NCBI GenBank assembly: GCA_951804945.1
Contig: OX638158.1
Span: 40,548,001-40,612,000, forward strand
Length of the DNA: 64,000 nt
Source: Podarcis cretensis
Taxonomy: Eukaryota
Reading direction: 5' to 3'
Part shown: positions 37,940-49,378 of the stretch, in pieces
Position numbering within the stretch: position 1 is the stretch's first letter
How the letters are laid out: each line of letters begins with the position of its first letter
Made by a program: the position numbers and the translations under genes
Notes under the pieces: model-generated
Seen by the model: the letters and a program-made list of their open reading frames with translations, nothing else
Told to the model about the DNA's origin: nothing
Database searches by the model: none

Positions 37940-38105
37940 CATGGCCATTATGGCTAGCAACCATTCATATCCTTATCTCCTGTGAATTTGTCTAAGCCTC
38001 TTTTAAAGCCATCCAAGTTGAGGACCAACACTTTCTCTTGTGGGAATCAATTCCATAGTTTAACAATGTCTTGTGTGAAGGAGAGCTTTGCTTTATCCTG
38101 AATCT
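37940..38105 (-). mobile_element. Old CR1 3' fragment
   Basis: 'tgaatttgtctaagcctcttttaaagccatccaagtt...aattccatagtttaac' is the antisense of CR1 ...VKLWN.....LDGFKRGLDKF. Confidence 0.7.
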
Positions 38106-38607
38106 TCACACAATAGGTCCCTATGCAAGGTACTTTGTTTTTTGAAGGTTGGTGCTCCTCCAACCCTGCCAAGCATCAAAACTAGAACACCCCAGTAGCA
38201 CAGGGAACACCTCAGCAGAACGGATTTTGAAAAATAAAAATTGACAAATTATTGGGAGCAGGGGTAAAAGCTATTGGGGCAGCGGTAAAAGCTCTCTTAC
38301 ATGCCACGGGTTAGTCATTCCTGTTCTATATAACCAACCCCATTTTCATGACAGATAAGCTGGAAGGAGGCAAAGTGGTCACATCTATGTAATGGGGGGC
38401 ACTTTGAGGAGATTGTAGTGTAGCTTGCCAAATGAAACAATAAGGCTTCTTTGTGTCATGGGAATTACATGCAGAATTACATGTGAGGCAAGTCATGTAA
38501 TTCCCAAAACATGAAGAAGCCACCATAGGGAATGAAAGCCATTTCAGCTGGTCCTCTTGTGCCTGATACATAGCTGTCAACTTACAGATTTGAAAATAAG
38601 GGACCAG

Positions 38608-39040
38608 AGGGACTTCCGGGTTGGCGCCATCGCCGAATGGCGGACTCCCTCCGAGCTCCGGAGGGAGCCTGCTCGGCAGGGGCTGGGTCCTACCGCACCG
38701 GCGACGCGGGGACCCTCAAAAACCATGGGCGCTGAAACCCATGGACATGGTGACTCGGCTGGCACCTTTTGCGCCCCCCCGACCCGCGAAGGAGCCTTTT
38801 TAAAGGCTGCGGAGCGGGTGACGGGGGGTGGTGCTTTGAGTCCTTCGCTTCCCCTGCCGAGCGAAGCCGCATGCCATTCAACGGAGAGCGCTGACTTCTT
38901 CTATTGAAAATCTGGACTCAAAAGAATAACCCGTGAGTAATCGGAACCTGGACTAAAAAGGGGGATAATTTTTTTAAAAAAAATTTGGAGCGAGCGGGGG
39001 AGGCGCAAAAAGGAAGTCACCCCCCCCCCCGTTGTAGAAG
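38608..39040 (+). promoter_or_regulatory. CpG-island-like internal promoter region of the retroposon
   Basis: Roughly 25-30 CpGs in the first ~280 bp by hand count in an otherwise CpG-poor window; ETS motif acttccgg; YY1-like atggcgg; splice-donor-like gtgagt at 38933. Confidence 0.6.
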
Positions 39041-40263
39041 AGTTAAAGCAAAGGATTTGACAACTAAGATCGAGTGCAACCCTATTTTGACAAAGTTATT
39101 AACTTCGCGAGGGAAAATCATAAGACTGAGCTGGAGGAGAAAGGTGGAATTGAATTAAAAAGCAACCCCCCCCGGAACCCTGGGAGCGATTTGTGAGAGC
39201 GCCGGGAGAAGAGAAATAGAGGTTTTGACAGCTGTCAAAGAGCTGTCAAAGCGGAAGAATAAAATAGAGATCTTTGTTACGAGGACTTTGCCGGTTACAT
39301 TTGTTATAAATTGGATACAAATTGTTACAAACAAGGAATAACAAGTTATTTTGACTGGTGGACGTGATCTGGAAGGGAATTTAGTTATTGCAATCCACCT
39401 AGAGGAGCCGAGGGACATTACAAGTATTGTTGGCGTGGAATTTGACCAGAACTTTCTATCTCCTGGGAAACTGCAGAAATGGAACACTATTTTGTCTACA
39501 GAGGTCTACGCACTAAAGGAGACAATAGATTTATCTATTGAAGAATGAAAAGGACTTGACGTAATGTTTTGTTCTTGAATAACAAGCCTCTGCAGAGGAA
39601 TTAGAAGCTTTTGGAATTGGAACATTTGTGCAGGAGAGCAGGGAAAAAGAAAAAAAAAGGAGTGAGATCAACAAGAACAACAAAAATAATAAGAATTGGA
39701 CAAAGTTGGAAGTGGGAACATTTGGGACATCCAGATTTGACAGGTTTAAAGGAATAAAATTGGAGCTTACACCCCTAGATATAAAAATCTGGATGGAAGA
39801 AATGGGCCTTTTTTGAGACAGACTCCTTCCAAGATTGGACATTCGAAACTAAAGATGACTGGGAAAGGACTATGGTTTAGAGAGATGTGGGAACTCCAGG
39901 AAGATATCAGACGTCGAGGAACATTGGGAACGCAACCGGGAAAGGGGGGAGGGAAATTTGGAATCCAAAGGGCGTAAAATTATTTTTTTTATTTTTCTTC
40001 TATTGTAATCTGTATTGCATATTAAAGGGGGGAACTCGCGGAAGGGAATAGGTCGATTTTAGGGGATGGGAAAATATTTCTAAAATTGAGTCAATGATAA
40101 TAAGTTTAAATTTGGGATAAGAACTTGTTGAAATTCTTTTTTGTTTATTTGTAAGAATTGGAATACAGGAGGGGGAGGGGAGGGGAAGTCCTGAAAAGAT
40201 GTTATTGGGAAAAAGGTTTTATGGAAAATCTTAATAAATATCATTAAAAAAAAAAGAAAGAAA
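38608..40263 (+). mobile_element. Full-length non-autonomous L1-like retroposon (1656 bp)
   Basis: 16-bp TSD gaaaataagggaccag (38592-38607, 40264-40279); CpG-rich 5' end starting gggacttccgg...atggcgg; A-rich sense strand; G-tract 40168-40185; AATAAA 40233; A10 tail 40246-40255; no long ORF. Confidence 0.8.
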
Positions 40264-43094
40264 GAAAATAAGGGACCAGCAGCCTTGAAAATAAGGGATC
40301 AGCAGCCAAAATAAGGGATTTTCCAAACACAGGTATGTTCAACCTCTGAGCCCCTCCAAGCCAAAGGCAGAAAGCCCAACCAGCAGCCAAACAAAGCCTC
40401 AAGCCTCAAGGAAAACCACCGTCACCTCTCCGCTGGGAAGCGCTGAGCAAAGGCAAGTCCCCAGGCAACGCAGCCGATTTGATCAGCACAAGGCAAGCAA
40501 GCTCCACCCCCCAGTCGTTCTTAGACTTCTTATTAGGTGAGCAGCGCAGCCAAGCAACACAGTTGGAGCCACCCTCCCCCCTGGCCGGCAGGGAGGGAGG
40601 GAGAGGAGCTGCTTCCTTTGAAACCTGGGAAATTTAAGGGACATCATCAATAAGTGACAGCAGTGGGACATGGCTCTGGGATTTGTCCCGCCAAATAAGG
40701 GACACTTGACAGCTATGGCCTGGTATAACATGTTGGCTGGCCCTAATTTGCCTTGGATCAGATTAAGCAGATGGAATTAGTGCAGAGGCTGTCACTCCAA
40801 GATGATGATGATGATAATGTTCAAGTAATAGGATCATACTAGGAAATTCTTGAGTGAATTTTTTGCATTTTGACAGCATGTATATGCATCAATATGGTGC
40901 AAGATAATACAAATGATGCAAATCAGATCTTGAAGGCCATTGTATTGGCTAGATTGAGGACTATATTTGAGAATTTTAAGAGCGCCCTTTTGCACACTCA
41001 AATATGTGAGTATATATTTGTCAGGGAAGCCATCTGGGACTGATTTTGGTCATGGAATAGTACTTAAAAGTGAACTAATGCAAACAAGGAAAGGGAATAG
41101 AGGCAGGTGATGTAATGTACAGCCCTCTAAAGGGGTGCATTAAAGCATGATTTATGTAGCACCTACTAAGCCTTATTGTTTTATTTTGCAAGCCACACTA
41201 CAGTGTCTTAACAGTGCCCTCCACTACATAGATGCAACCGCTCTACATGCTTACAGCTTTTTTGTCATGAAAATGGAGTAGAAGATGTAACTGCAAAAGT
41301 GGGATGATCTAGATTAGGGATGGCTAGTCTGTAGCCTATAGGCCAAATCTGGTCCATAATGGGATTTTTACACCCCATCCCCAAGATTCCCAATAATTTG
41401 TCAAATTTAATTTCTCACCAAAAAATTTTCTGCTGAGGTTTTCTCCACTGTGGTGCTGGGGTGTTCCAGCTGTGATGCTGGGGGGAGGGGAGGGGACCAG
41501 CCTTCCACAAACCAGGTGTCTCTGCTTCATTTTACCTTGCAAACGCACCTCTTGTCTGAAGATTCAGGACAAAAGAAAGTACTTCTTCCCACTATGAAAT
41601 GCACTCCCACAAGACACAATATCGGTCCCCAACTTAGATGGCTTTAAAAGAGGCTTGGTGTGTTAAAAATGGTCTTTTGAATTAATTTCCTGTCCCTGTC
41701 AGTGAAAATTCCTTCTGAAATGCACATTTATTTTATTATTGAGTCTGTATTGGGTAAGTAAGCCAAATATGAAAGGAGATGGAAACGGGGTTGTGCCAAC
41801 AACAGAATTAGTCACCGGCACAGCATAACCTGCCCTTCTGATGTCAGCTTTCCTGAGGGACGCATGTTGGAACTGAAAGGAGACCAAGGCCTACTATGAG
41901 AGAGATCTGGCTGTGCCACTGAACTCAGCCGGTTTTACTTGAGACATGTTTCTTGACTGGGTCTCAGTCAAAATGTTGTGGAATAATACAGACGATTAGT
42001 AATAAATTTGTACCTCATTATCACACCCCTGTTACAACATGGAACATTATTTTAATGCTACATGGAATAATATCAAATTGGGTTCATAGAAGCAAAGTTG
42101 GAAGGGGTCTAATGCCCTTTGTGAAGACCAGCTGAAATAGCTTCCATTCCATATGGTGGCTTCTTCAGACTGCAGAACTTGTATCACATGGAGAATCTGC
42201 AAGTTGCCTTCAAAGCTACCAAAAGCTTCTGATAGTTGTGCAGAGACTCCAGATCCTCCTCTGGTGGTGTTGGTGACAAGGATGAATTGCATGGTCAGCA
42301 ATGCTTCACAGCATGTCAAGAGAAAGGTGGGGTTGCTCCACATGTGTTTGAAGTAACTTCCATGCAAGTCTGGACCTCACTTTCCAACTTTTGGCAGGGG
42401 ATTTGAACATAAAGGCATACCTTCCCATCCCTGAGACTCCATTTACAGCTGGGTGACCCAAGTACAAAATATATTGTGTTCCATGCCAGTTGTGAAAGGT
42501 ACATCTGCACATTTAGAAGGACAAATGGTGGATACATATGTGTTCCCTTCAAAGCTCTAACTGCTACTGAACAATCATAAATGCATTTAATGTGTGGGAT
42601 TGAACATTATCTCCACTCAACCATACTAGTTTCAGTGCACAAATGCATCTTATACTGAAGAATGCAGACCCACATAGCAGAAATAAAAGGAAGGGAAGAT
42701 TGCACCCCAACATAAAAAATATACATGGCTGTGATACTACACAGACTGGTAAGTGCTTTCTCAGTGTAACAACATCTTGTTACTGAAAAAATTCAATGCT
42801 TTCTCATTGCCAATATGATTAACATAATAAATTCAAAATTATACATACAATAAGTCCGATAAAAATAATTGATTAATACAGTAGGTTATATACAATATAG
42901 CAGATGTTTATAAATATAACATAATGTTAATTACTTATGATTGATAGAGTAAGAAATTTATTTTCAGGATTACATATATGTACACCATTATATTCAATAT
43001 TTCAACTTATTATGTCTGTTTTGCAGCTTATATGTAGTATATTTTCTAATTAAAAAACCCCAAAAGAACACTTTACCACCTCATCCATTTAGGG

Positions 43095-43230
43095 CAGGCT
43101 TCCTCATCCTCAGCCCTCCAGATGTTTTTGGCCTACAACTCCCATGATCCCTAGCTAGCAGGACCAGTGGTCAGTGATAATGGGAATTGTAGTCTCAAAA
43201 GATCTGGAGGGCTGAGGTTGAGGAAGCCTG
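43095..43230. mobile_element. hAT MITE, 136-bp family
   Basis: TIRs caggcttcctca/tgaggaagcctg; TSD atttaggg/gtttaggg; inverted relative to 26933-27068. Confidence 0.9.
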
Positions 43231-43424
43231 GTTTAGGGCAGGTGGCAGCTCCCACCCAGGCAGGCAAGGAAGGGACCCTTCCCCCTTGTCAACCATTTGA
43301 AAAACTTTGTATAGAGGTTGTCAGACACCCTGACTCAGAATGCTGACAACCTCAAGATGAAGCTTTGAAGAAAGCTTAGTAAAGACAATTCGCTTACCAA
43401 CTACCTGGTATGAAGAGGAAACAA

Positions 43425-43529
43425 AGCCCTGTTTAGGGAAGCTTTCAATGTTTGATGCATTAATGTATTTTAATATTTTGTTGGAAGCTGCCCAGAGTGG
43501 TTGAGGAAGCCCAGCCAGATGGGTGGGGT

Positions 43530-43566
<37 letters not shown>

Positions 43567-43567
43567 T
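43425..43567 (+). mobile_element. Short L2 3' end with (AAT)n tail
   Basis: Aligns to about 8897-9010 of the L2 copy at 8620-9069. Confidence 0.85.
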
Positions 43568-44669
43568 TGATAATGCTTGGGGGGGAAACCACAAATTACC
43601 CAATCCCTCCTTTATTCCCAGGACAGTAAGTTTGTGGAGTTGGGACAGAATGGAACACTTTCCCCTTCCCCCACTTATTAGATAGAAAGGGAGACTTGTT
43701 CTCCCCCCTCCTGCCCTTTACCACAATGTTAAGTGGGGGTGGGAGAGAGAGAGAGAGACCCAGCATACATTTTCTCTGGGCTACCCTGAAACCTCCAAGT
43801 GCACTTTACTCTTCTTCACCCCTGCAATTTCCCCTTTCCCTACCAATTTTGTCACGGCAAACAGGTTGGCCCAAATGGGTGTCTAGGTGTGCTTTCTACA
43901 ATCCCAGCTCCATCACCTCCTTTCCCATTCAAAAATCCAATTCTCCAGCTTGGTAGTGCAAGCACATTATCTTTGAGAGAAGCAGTGAAGAAAATATTTG
44001 CATGTTAATAAGGCATCCCAGCTCCCTGATGTATGGAATCTCCTGCGGTGAAAGCAACTGAGGAGCTCGGCCTATTAATCTTCATAAACAAACATGGAGG
44101 GCAAGCACAAGTTCCGGGTGCATTCATTATTCATCAGCCATGATCAATGCGCTCAGTCTGGGAATACAACTCTTGTTTTATCGCAGCCCTTTCCTTATTC
44201 CACCTAGACCAAAGAACTTAAGATGCCACATGATGCATATGTGATAAATTACAACTGTTCGGCTCATTGTTGTATGGTTATCTCAGCTACAGATTATGTG
44301 AAACTGTCACAGAGAATCGCACTGTATCTCTCACCCTAATCTTTCTCCTTTCTCAAAAGAGCAATTGTTCTTACTAGATGTAGTGATAAATTACTTTTAA
44401 AAGTATTCATGTTCTGTTTTGGAGTAAAAAGTTATTTACCATGTAGAGAAGGAATTTCCTCAGAGGCTCATAGATTTCGGAAACTGCAATGAGAATGAGA
44501 ACCCTTAGAAAGTCTCCAGTGTGAGAGTGCTTGTGTGTACTAGTAGGGCACATGTTGTCTTTCCAATGGGGAGACCTGGTTGCAAGTCCCACCTCTCTCA
44601 TGGACCTGTCTCCAATCTATACAACACTGAGACCCATCTGTGGCGAGTGAAAATGCCAGGAAGACAGCA

Positions 44670-45050
44670 CTAGGAAAATAGGTATGTTTAGCCTGGAAAA
44701 GAGGAGACTGAGAGGAGATACGATAGCCATCTTCAAATATCTTGAGGGCTGTCACATGGAAGATGGAGCAAGCTTGCTTTCTCCTGCTCTGGTGGGTAGG
44801 ACTCAAACCAATGGCTTTAAGTTACAAGAAAGGAGATTCTGAATAAAAACATTGGGAAGAACTTTATGACAGTAAGAGCTGTTCAACAGTGGAACAGTCT
44901 TCATTGGGAGGTTGTGGACTCTCTTCCTTGGTGGTTTTCCAGCAGCGGTTGGATGGCCATCTGTCAAGGATGCTTTAGCTGAGGTTCCTGGATGGCAGGG
45001 GGTTGGATTAGATGACACTAGGGATCCCTTCCAGCTTTGCACTTCTATGA
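44670..45050 (+). mobile_element. CR1 LINE 3' fragment
   Basis: [25 protein letters not shown]...GRTQTNGFKLQERRF...RAVQQWNSL; ends 'cccttccagc...ttctatga'. Confidence 0.9.
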
Positions 45051-45197
45051 AGCTGCTTTATGCTGAGTCAGATATTGGTCCATATAATTCAGCATTGCCT
45101 TTACTGACTAGCAACAGTTCTCCAGGACATTCCCAGCCCTATCTGAAGATGCTGGGCATTGAAACTGGGACCCCATGCATGCAAGGCATGTGCTGTA
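45049..45197 (-). mobile_element. tRNA-derived squamate SINE abutting the CR1 tail
   Basis: Aligns to 23587-23768. Confidence 0.7.
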
Positions 45198-46099
45198 TTT
45201 ATATGAAAATGGCAGTGTTGGCTCTCATTGCTGCTTCTATGTAAATGCCAAGTGAATTGACAAAGGGATAAGAATATGAAATCTTTCTATGAACACTCAC
45301 ATCACTACCCTGTGTCATATGCTAGAAAGGGGATTCTTTCCATGTGATTTAGTCTTCCAAAGGTTAACAGGCAGGTTCTATTATTGCATCCTGCATGCAA
45401 AAAAAAAAAGGGGGGGGAGTTAAGAATATACTTATACTTATTGTCCGCAATATACTTTTTCCAAAGTTACTAAATGCTGGTTAATAACCATATGAAAAAT
45501 GTATGTGATAATTTTGCTACTTTCATAATTGGCTAGAATATCCCAATTGCACAGATGCATGTCGAAATATGCATTTGTGCTTATTATGTATGATAGTGTA
45601 TGCACAGTTTCCCTACATGGAACGGTAGGAAATTATTGAGAAACCCAAATTCTATCAAATCAGCCATCAGTCAGATTTAATCAGTGGAAAAAAGACAGTC
45701 AGATTTAGGCCTTCTCCCAACCTTCCCTACAAGATATCTGTGGCAGTGACTTGCATCCAGAACATCTCTCTTTTCTATATACTGTACAGTGGGATTCTCT
45801 CAAGTACCAATCATGGTATTGTGTTGGTCCCTTCATATTATTGATGCCTGGCAGACAGATTGGTCAGTTATTGTGAAAAATCCTTTTTTATTTCCCCACA
45901 GTGATTTGTGTAGTGGGCCATCTCCTTATATTGCAAGTCTATAAAGTACATATTTTCCCAAAGCACAGCACAAATGATTTGCAAGACTTCTCTCTGAAGG
46001 AAGAAGATGAAAGTGCAAATACTGCAGATATTACACAGAAAAAGTGGAAAGCCCAACACCTTTCAATTGTAAAGTTTCAGCAATCCAAAAAAAGAGAGA

Positions 46100-46325
46100 T
46101 TTGGTGAATCAGACCAAAGGCTAGGTCCAGTATACTTTTCCCCACATTGGTCAAACATGTGTCCATGGAAAGCCCGCAAAAATGTCATGAAGGCAAGAAC
46201 CCACTGTCTCATTGGTATTCAGAGACATAGTGCCTCCGTTCCTTGAGATCGCATTTAGCCATCATGATTCATAGCTATTGATACCCTTACTCTACATGAA
46301 TGTCTAATCCTCTTTTAAAGATACA
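46100..46325 (-). mobile_element. Old CR1 3' UTR fragment
   Basis: 'tcagaccaaagg...tccag...atgaatgtctaatcctcttttaaag' overlaps in sequence with 37940-38105. Confidence 0.6.
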
Positions 46326-46354
46326 ATTGCCAAGTATATCATCTTGCTAGATTG

Positions 46355-46530
46355 TAGTCTTGCTAAAGAAGAATCAGCATAGGTTTACCCTGGTCTAAAT
46401 AACCTTCAGTGTCAGTAAGAAGATGCCTAGGTGTGAACCAGTAGTTCTTTTCCACTTGGAATTTGAAAAAGCTTTAGGAAAACCTCTTCACCAAAGATTC
46501 ATGAGTAAGCTTAGTGACCATAGCATAAGT
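46355..46530 (+). mobile_element. CR1 reverse-transcriptase domain fossil
   Basis: LLKKNQHRF ... EPV..FHLEFEKALGKPLHQRFMSKLSDHSI resembles CR1 RT 'QHGF...VD.VYLDF.KAFDKVPHQRLL.KL..HGI'. Confidence 0.7.
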
Positions 46531-47949
46531 AAAGCCTAAGCTAACACTCCTGCTAGCTAGGTTTGCGCTGTAGCCCTTGTCAACGTAGCTATAGATTAGT
46601 TTATATCCCCTTTGCAAAACTGGCTTAATCTAGATTTCTGCAGCCTGTCAAGGATTCACTGTTGCAGCAGAGATGAAAAAAATAAGTTTCTACATAAGTA
46701 GTTCCTGCTTCCAAGGATTCAGTTCCAGAGCTGTATGTTTTTACATTCTGATTCCTACATATCCTAGCTGTGCTCTTGTTTCTGATTGTTGATCAATTTA
46801 ATATATAGGTAATATTTTCTTTTCACACAGGTGCTTAACTTGGCTGTCTTCTTACTTGCTAAACATAATGTTTTGCCACTGGGGCTCAGGTGCTTTGTCA
46901 GTGGGTTGTCTCCTGTAGCTCATAGAACAAAAACAGGAGATGTGCATAAGAGGAGAACATTTGGAGACAGAATAGGCTTTTTTAAAACTACAGGATTAGA
47001 GGCAGGTGATATAAGGCCCTTGGTAAATTCTGTTTCTTAAACCAAGGTGCAACTCTTTCACTTTATGCTGTAATAATATGGAAAGCAGAAAATAGCATGT
47101 GTGTAATGGGACTGTGAGTGTATTTCCTCAAAACGCTCTCCTGCTCTCTACCACCAGATATTTAGTATTGTACACTGAGTAACCAGCCAGCTTGTTTGAC
47201 TGTATTGTTTCCACATGTTCAAATAGTAGGAAGCATCCACAAAACCTTATCTTCAATTTACAGAGGGAGAAAATCCATAAACCTTCTAACCTTCTTTCAT
47301 CTGGGCAACCATCACAATCTAGTTTGCCTTTCAGAGAACACATCATTTTTCATTCTGGCATCCAAAGAAACATCTTCTGCCTTTCTCATATAGTTCATTT
47401 GAATCTGGAAGCCTAATAATATTTTGGTTGAAGTTTCTGAATAAAGGGGAGAATAAGGGTGAACTATGTCCAGCTTTAATCTTCTGTAGATGACCTAAGA
47501 GTGCCAATAAAAATGATATATATGAAGGAAAACATTCCAAGTGCCATGGATTCTCTGCCTTGCAGACCATCTAGGCAAGGCTTCTTTCATAACCCATAAA
47601 TACTTTCTAAGGACTTAATTGACAAATGCAGAGAGAAATGGGTAACAGCTGGAACCTTGGCAGCAGAGGCTGTTTCATTCACCTGGCTTGATATATTATC
47701 ACCTAGATGAAAAGTATTTTGAGGCATTCAAGAAAGAATAGCTGCAATAGGTTTTCACAGATTATTCATTCATTTGCTACCTTCATTTATTATTGCAGTC
47801 AATAAATATAAAGTTAGTTAAGATTAACTGTCAGATATGACTACAGTATTACAACACTAGCTATTCATTGTATAGATACATAAACTCTGTTTATATTGCA
47901 TTCTTTATTCTTACTATTGCTGCTCTTTGGTACATGGAACCCATACTGA

Positions 47950-48347
47950 CATACAGAATCATAGAAGTGTAGAATTGGAAGGATCCCTGAGAATTATGTA
48001 GTCCAACCCTTGCAATGCAGGGATCTCGGCTAAAGCATCTATGACATATGGCCATCCAACCTGTTTAAAAACCACCAATGAAGGAGAGTCCACAATCTCC
48101 TAAGGGAGTCCATTCCACTGACAAACAGCTCTTACTCTCATAAAGTTCTTTCTGATGTTTTATCAGAATCTCCTTTCTTGTAACTTGAAGCCTTTGGTTT
48201 AGGTCCTAGCTTCTAGAGCAGGAGAAACCAGGTTTGCTCCACCCTCTATCCTTGTTTAGATATTTGAAGATGGCTATCATACCACCTCTCAGTCTCCTCT
48301 TTTCTAGGCTAAATATACTCAGTTCCCTCAACTGTTCCTCATAAGGG
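47950..48347 (-). mobile_element. CR1 LINE 3' fragment
   Basis: Reverse complement aligns with 44670-45050; ATTCT(A/G)TG-like tail near 47950. Confidence 0.9.
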
Positions 48348-49049
48348 CACCAGCACTGAATTTAATATTACTAAAAAGACCATATTAAGTTTTAGTTAAA
48401 TGCAGAAGAAAACATTAGCACCTCAACATTCTATGGCACATGGGTTGTTGTTGTTTTATAAAAAAATGAGATCACTTACACTACATCCTTAGACAAAGCC
48501 AATAACCAAAAGCCAGACCCAGAAGTTCCCTTTTCAGTAAAATATACAACATATTGGACATTCTTTTCTTTACCTTGTGAATTTGGTCTAACATTTCCTA
48601 CCCTTTGAACAATATACTACAGAAACAGAGCTTTAATAAGAAAGTGTTTGGGGGGAGGGAATCAAGACTACCATGAAGTGAAATCTATACCCTATGACAC
48701 ATTGAACATACCTCAAAACATCAGTGCTAGGATGATATGATTTCAGAAAAATCTGTTAAGGAAGGTGGTGGAGGAAAGGACAGGATGCTAACAGGTTCTG
48801 GGGAAAAACCCCACAACAAGCACATTAAACTCCAAATGAAAAGGCACAGAGGTTTTCCCAAATAAATCTAAGGCTAACAAAATGAGACTTTATTATTTCC
48901 TTCCTTTTAAGGTTCACAAGCAGATGTGTTGAATCCCATGTGGTATTAGCCTACTTGAAAGCAGAATAGTGAACACCTGTTCAATCGAGCAATAATGAAG
49001 CACTTCTAAGTCTTCTTGATTTCAGTGGGGAAGCATGAAACCTGATGGG

Positions 49050-49378
49050 ACCATGTGTTACTGAACTTGAAAGTGGTGCACTGGCAGCCAGTGATTTACC
49101 AGGCCCAATTCAAGGTTTCAATACCAGCATATAAATTCCTACATGGCACAGGACCCAAGTATCTAAAAGATCATCTCCCCCAATATCAACCTACGATAGA
49201 CAGGTGAGGCCTTGTTGGAGGTGATGCCACTGAGGCCTGCCTGTTTGGTGTTGACCCATGACAGGGCCTTTTCAGTAGTGGTTCCCCATTTGTGTAATGC
49301 CCTCTCTGGTGAGATGTGTCTGCTTACCTCATTATTGACTTTCAGAAGAAATTTTAAAGCATTCATCTTCACTCAGCT
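49050..49378 (+). mobile_element. Old L2 ORF2 C-terminal fragment
   Basis: HWQPVIYQAQFKV...YKFLHGTGPKYLKDHL...DRAFSVVVPHLCNAL...FRRNFKAFIF. Confidence 0.8.

Larger units (their letters stand above)
38569..40717. mobile_element. hAT-type MITE (about 480 bp of its own) hosting a 1.66-kb retroposon
   Basis: Perfect 12-bp TIRs catagctgtcaa/ttgacagctatg; TSD gcctgata (38561-38568)/gcctggta (40718-40725); subterminal aaataaggga repeats. Confidence 0.85.

Noticed and set aside
38557-38907. GC-rich ORFs suggesting a host first exon or CpG-island gene promoter
   Set aside because: The CpG-rich stretch begins exactly at a TSD-bounded, poly-A-tailed insert inside a MITE, so it is element-borne.
40264-40320. 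Three short direct repeats resembling a CRISPR-like array
   Set aside because: They are subterminal MITE repeats without unique spacers, in vertebrate DNA with no cas genes.
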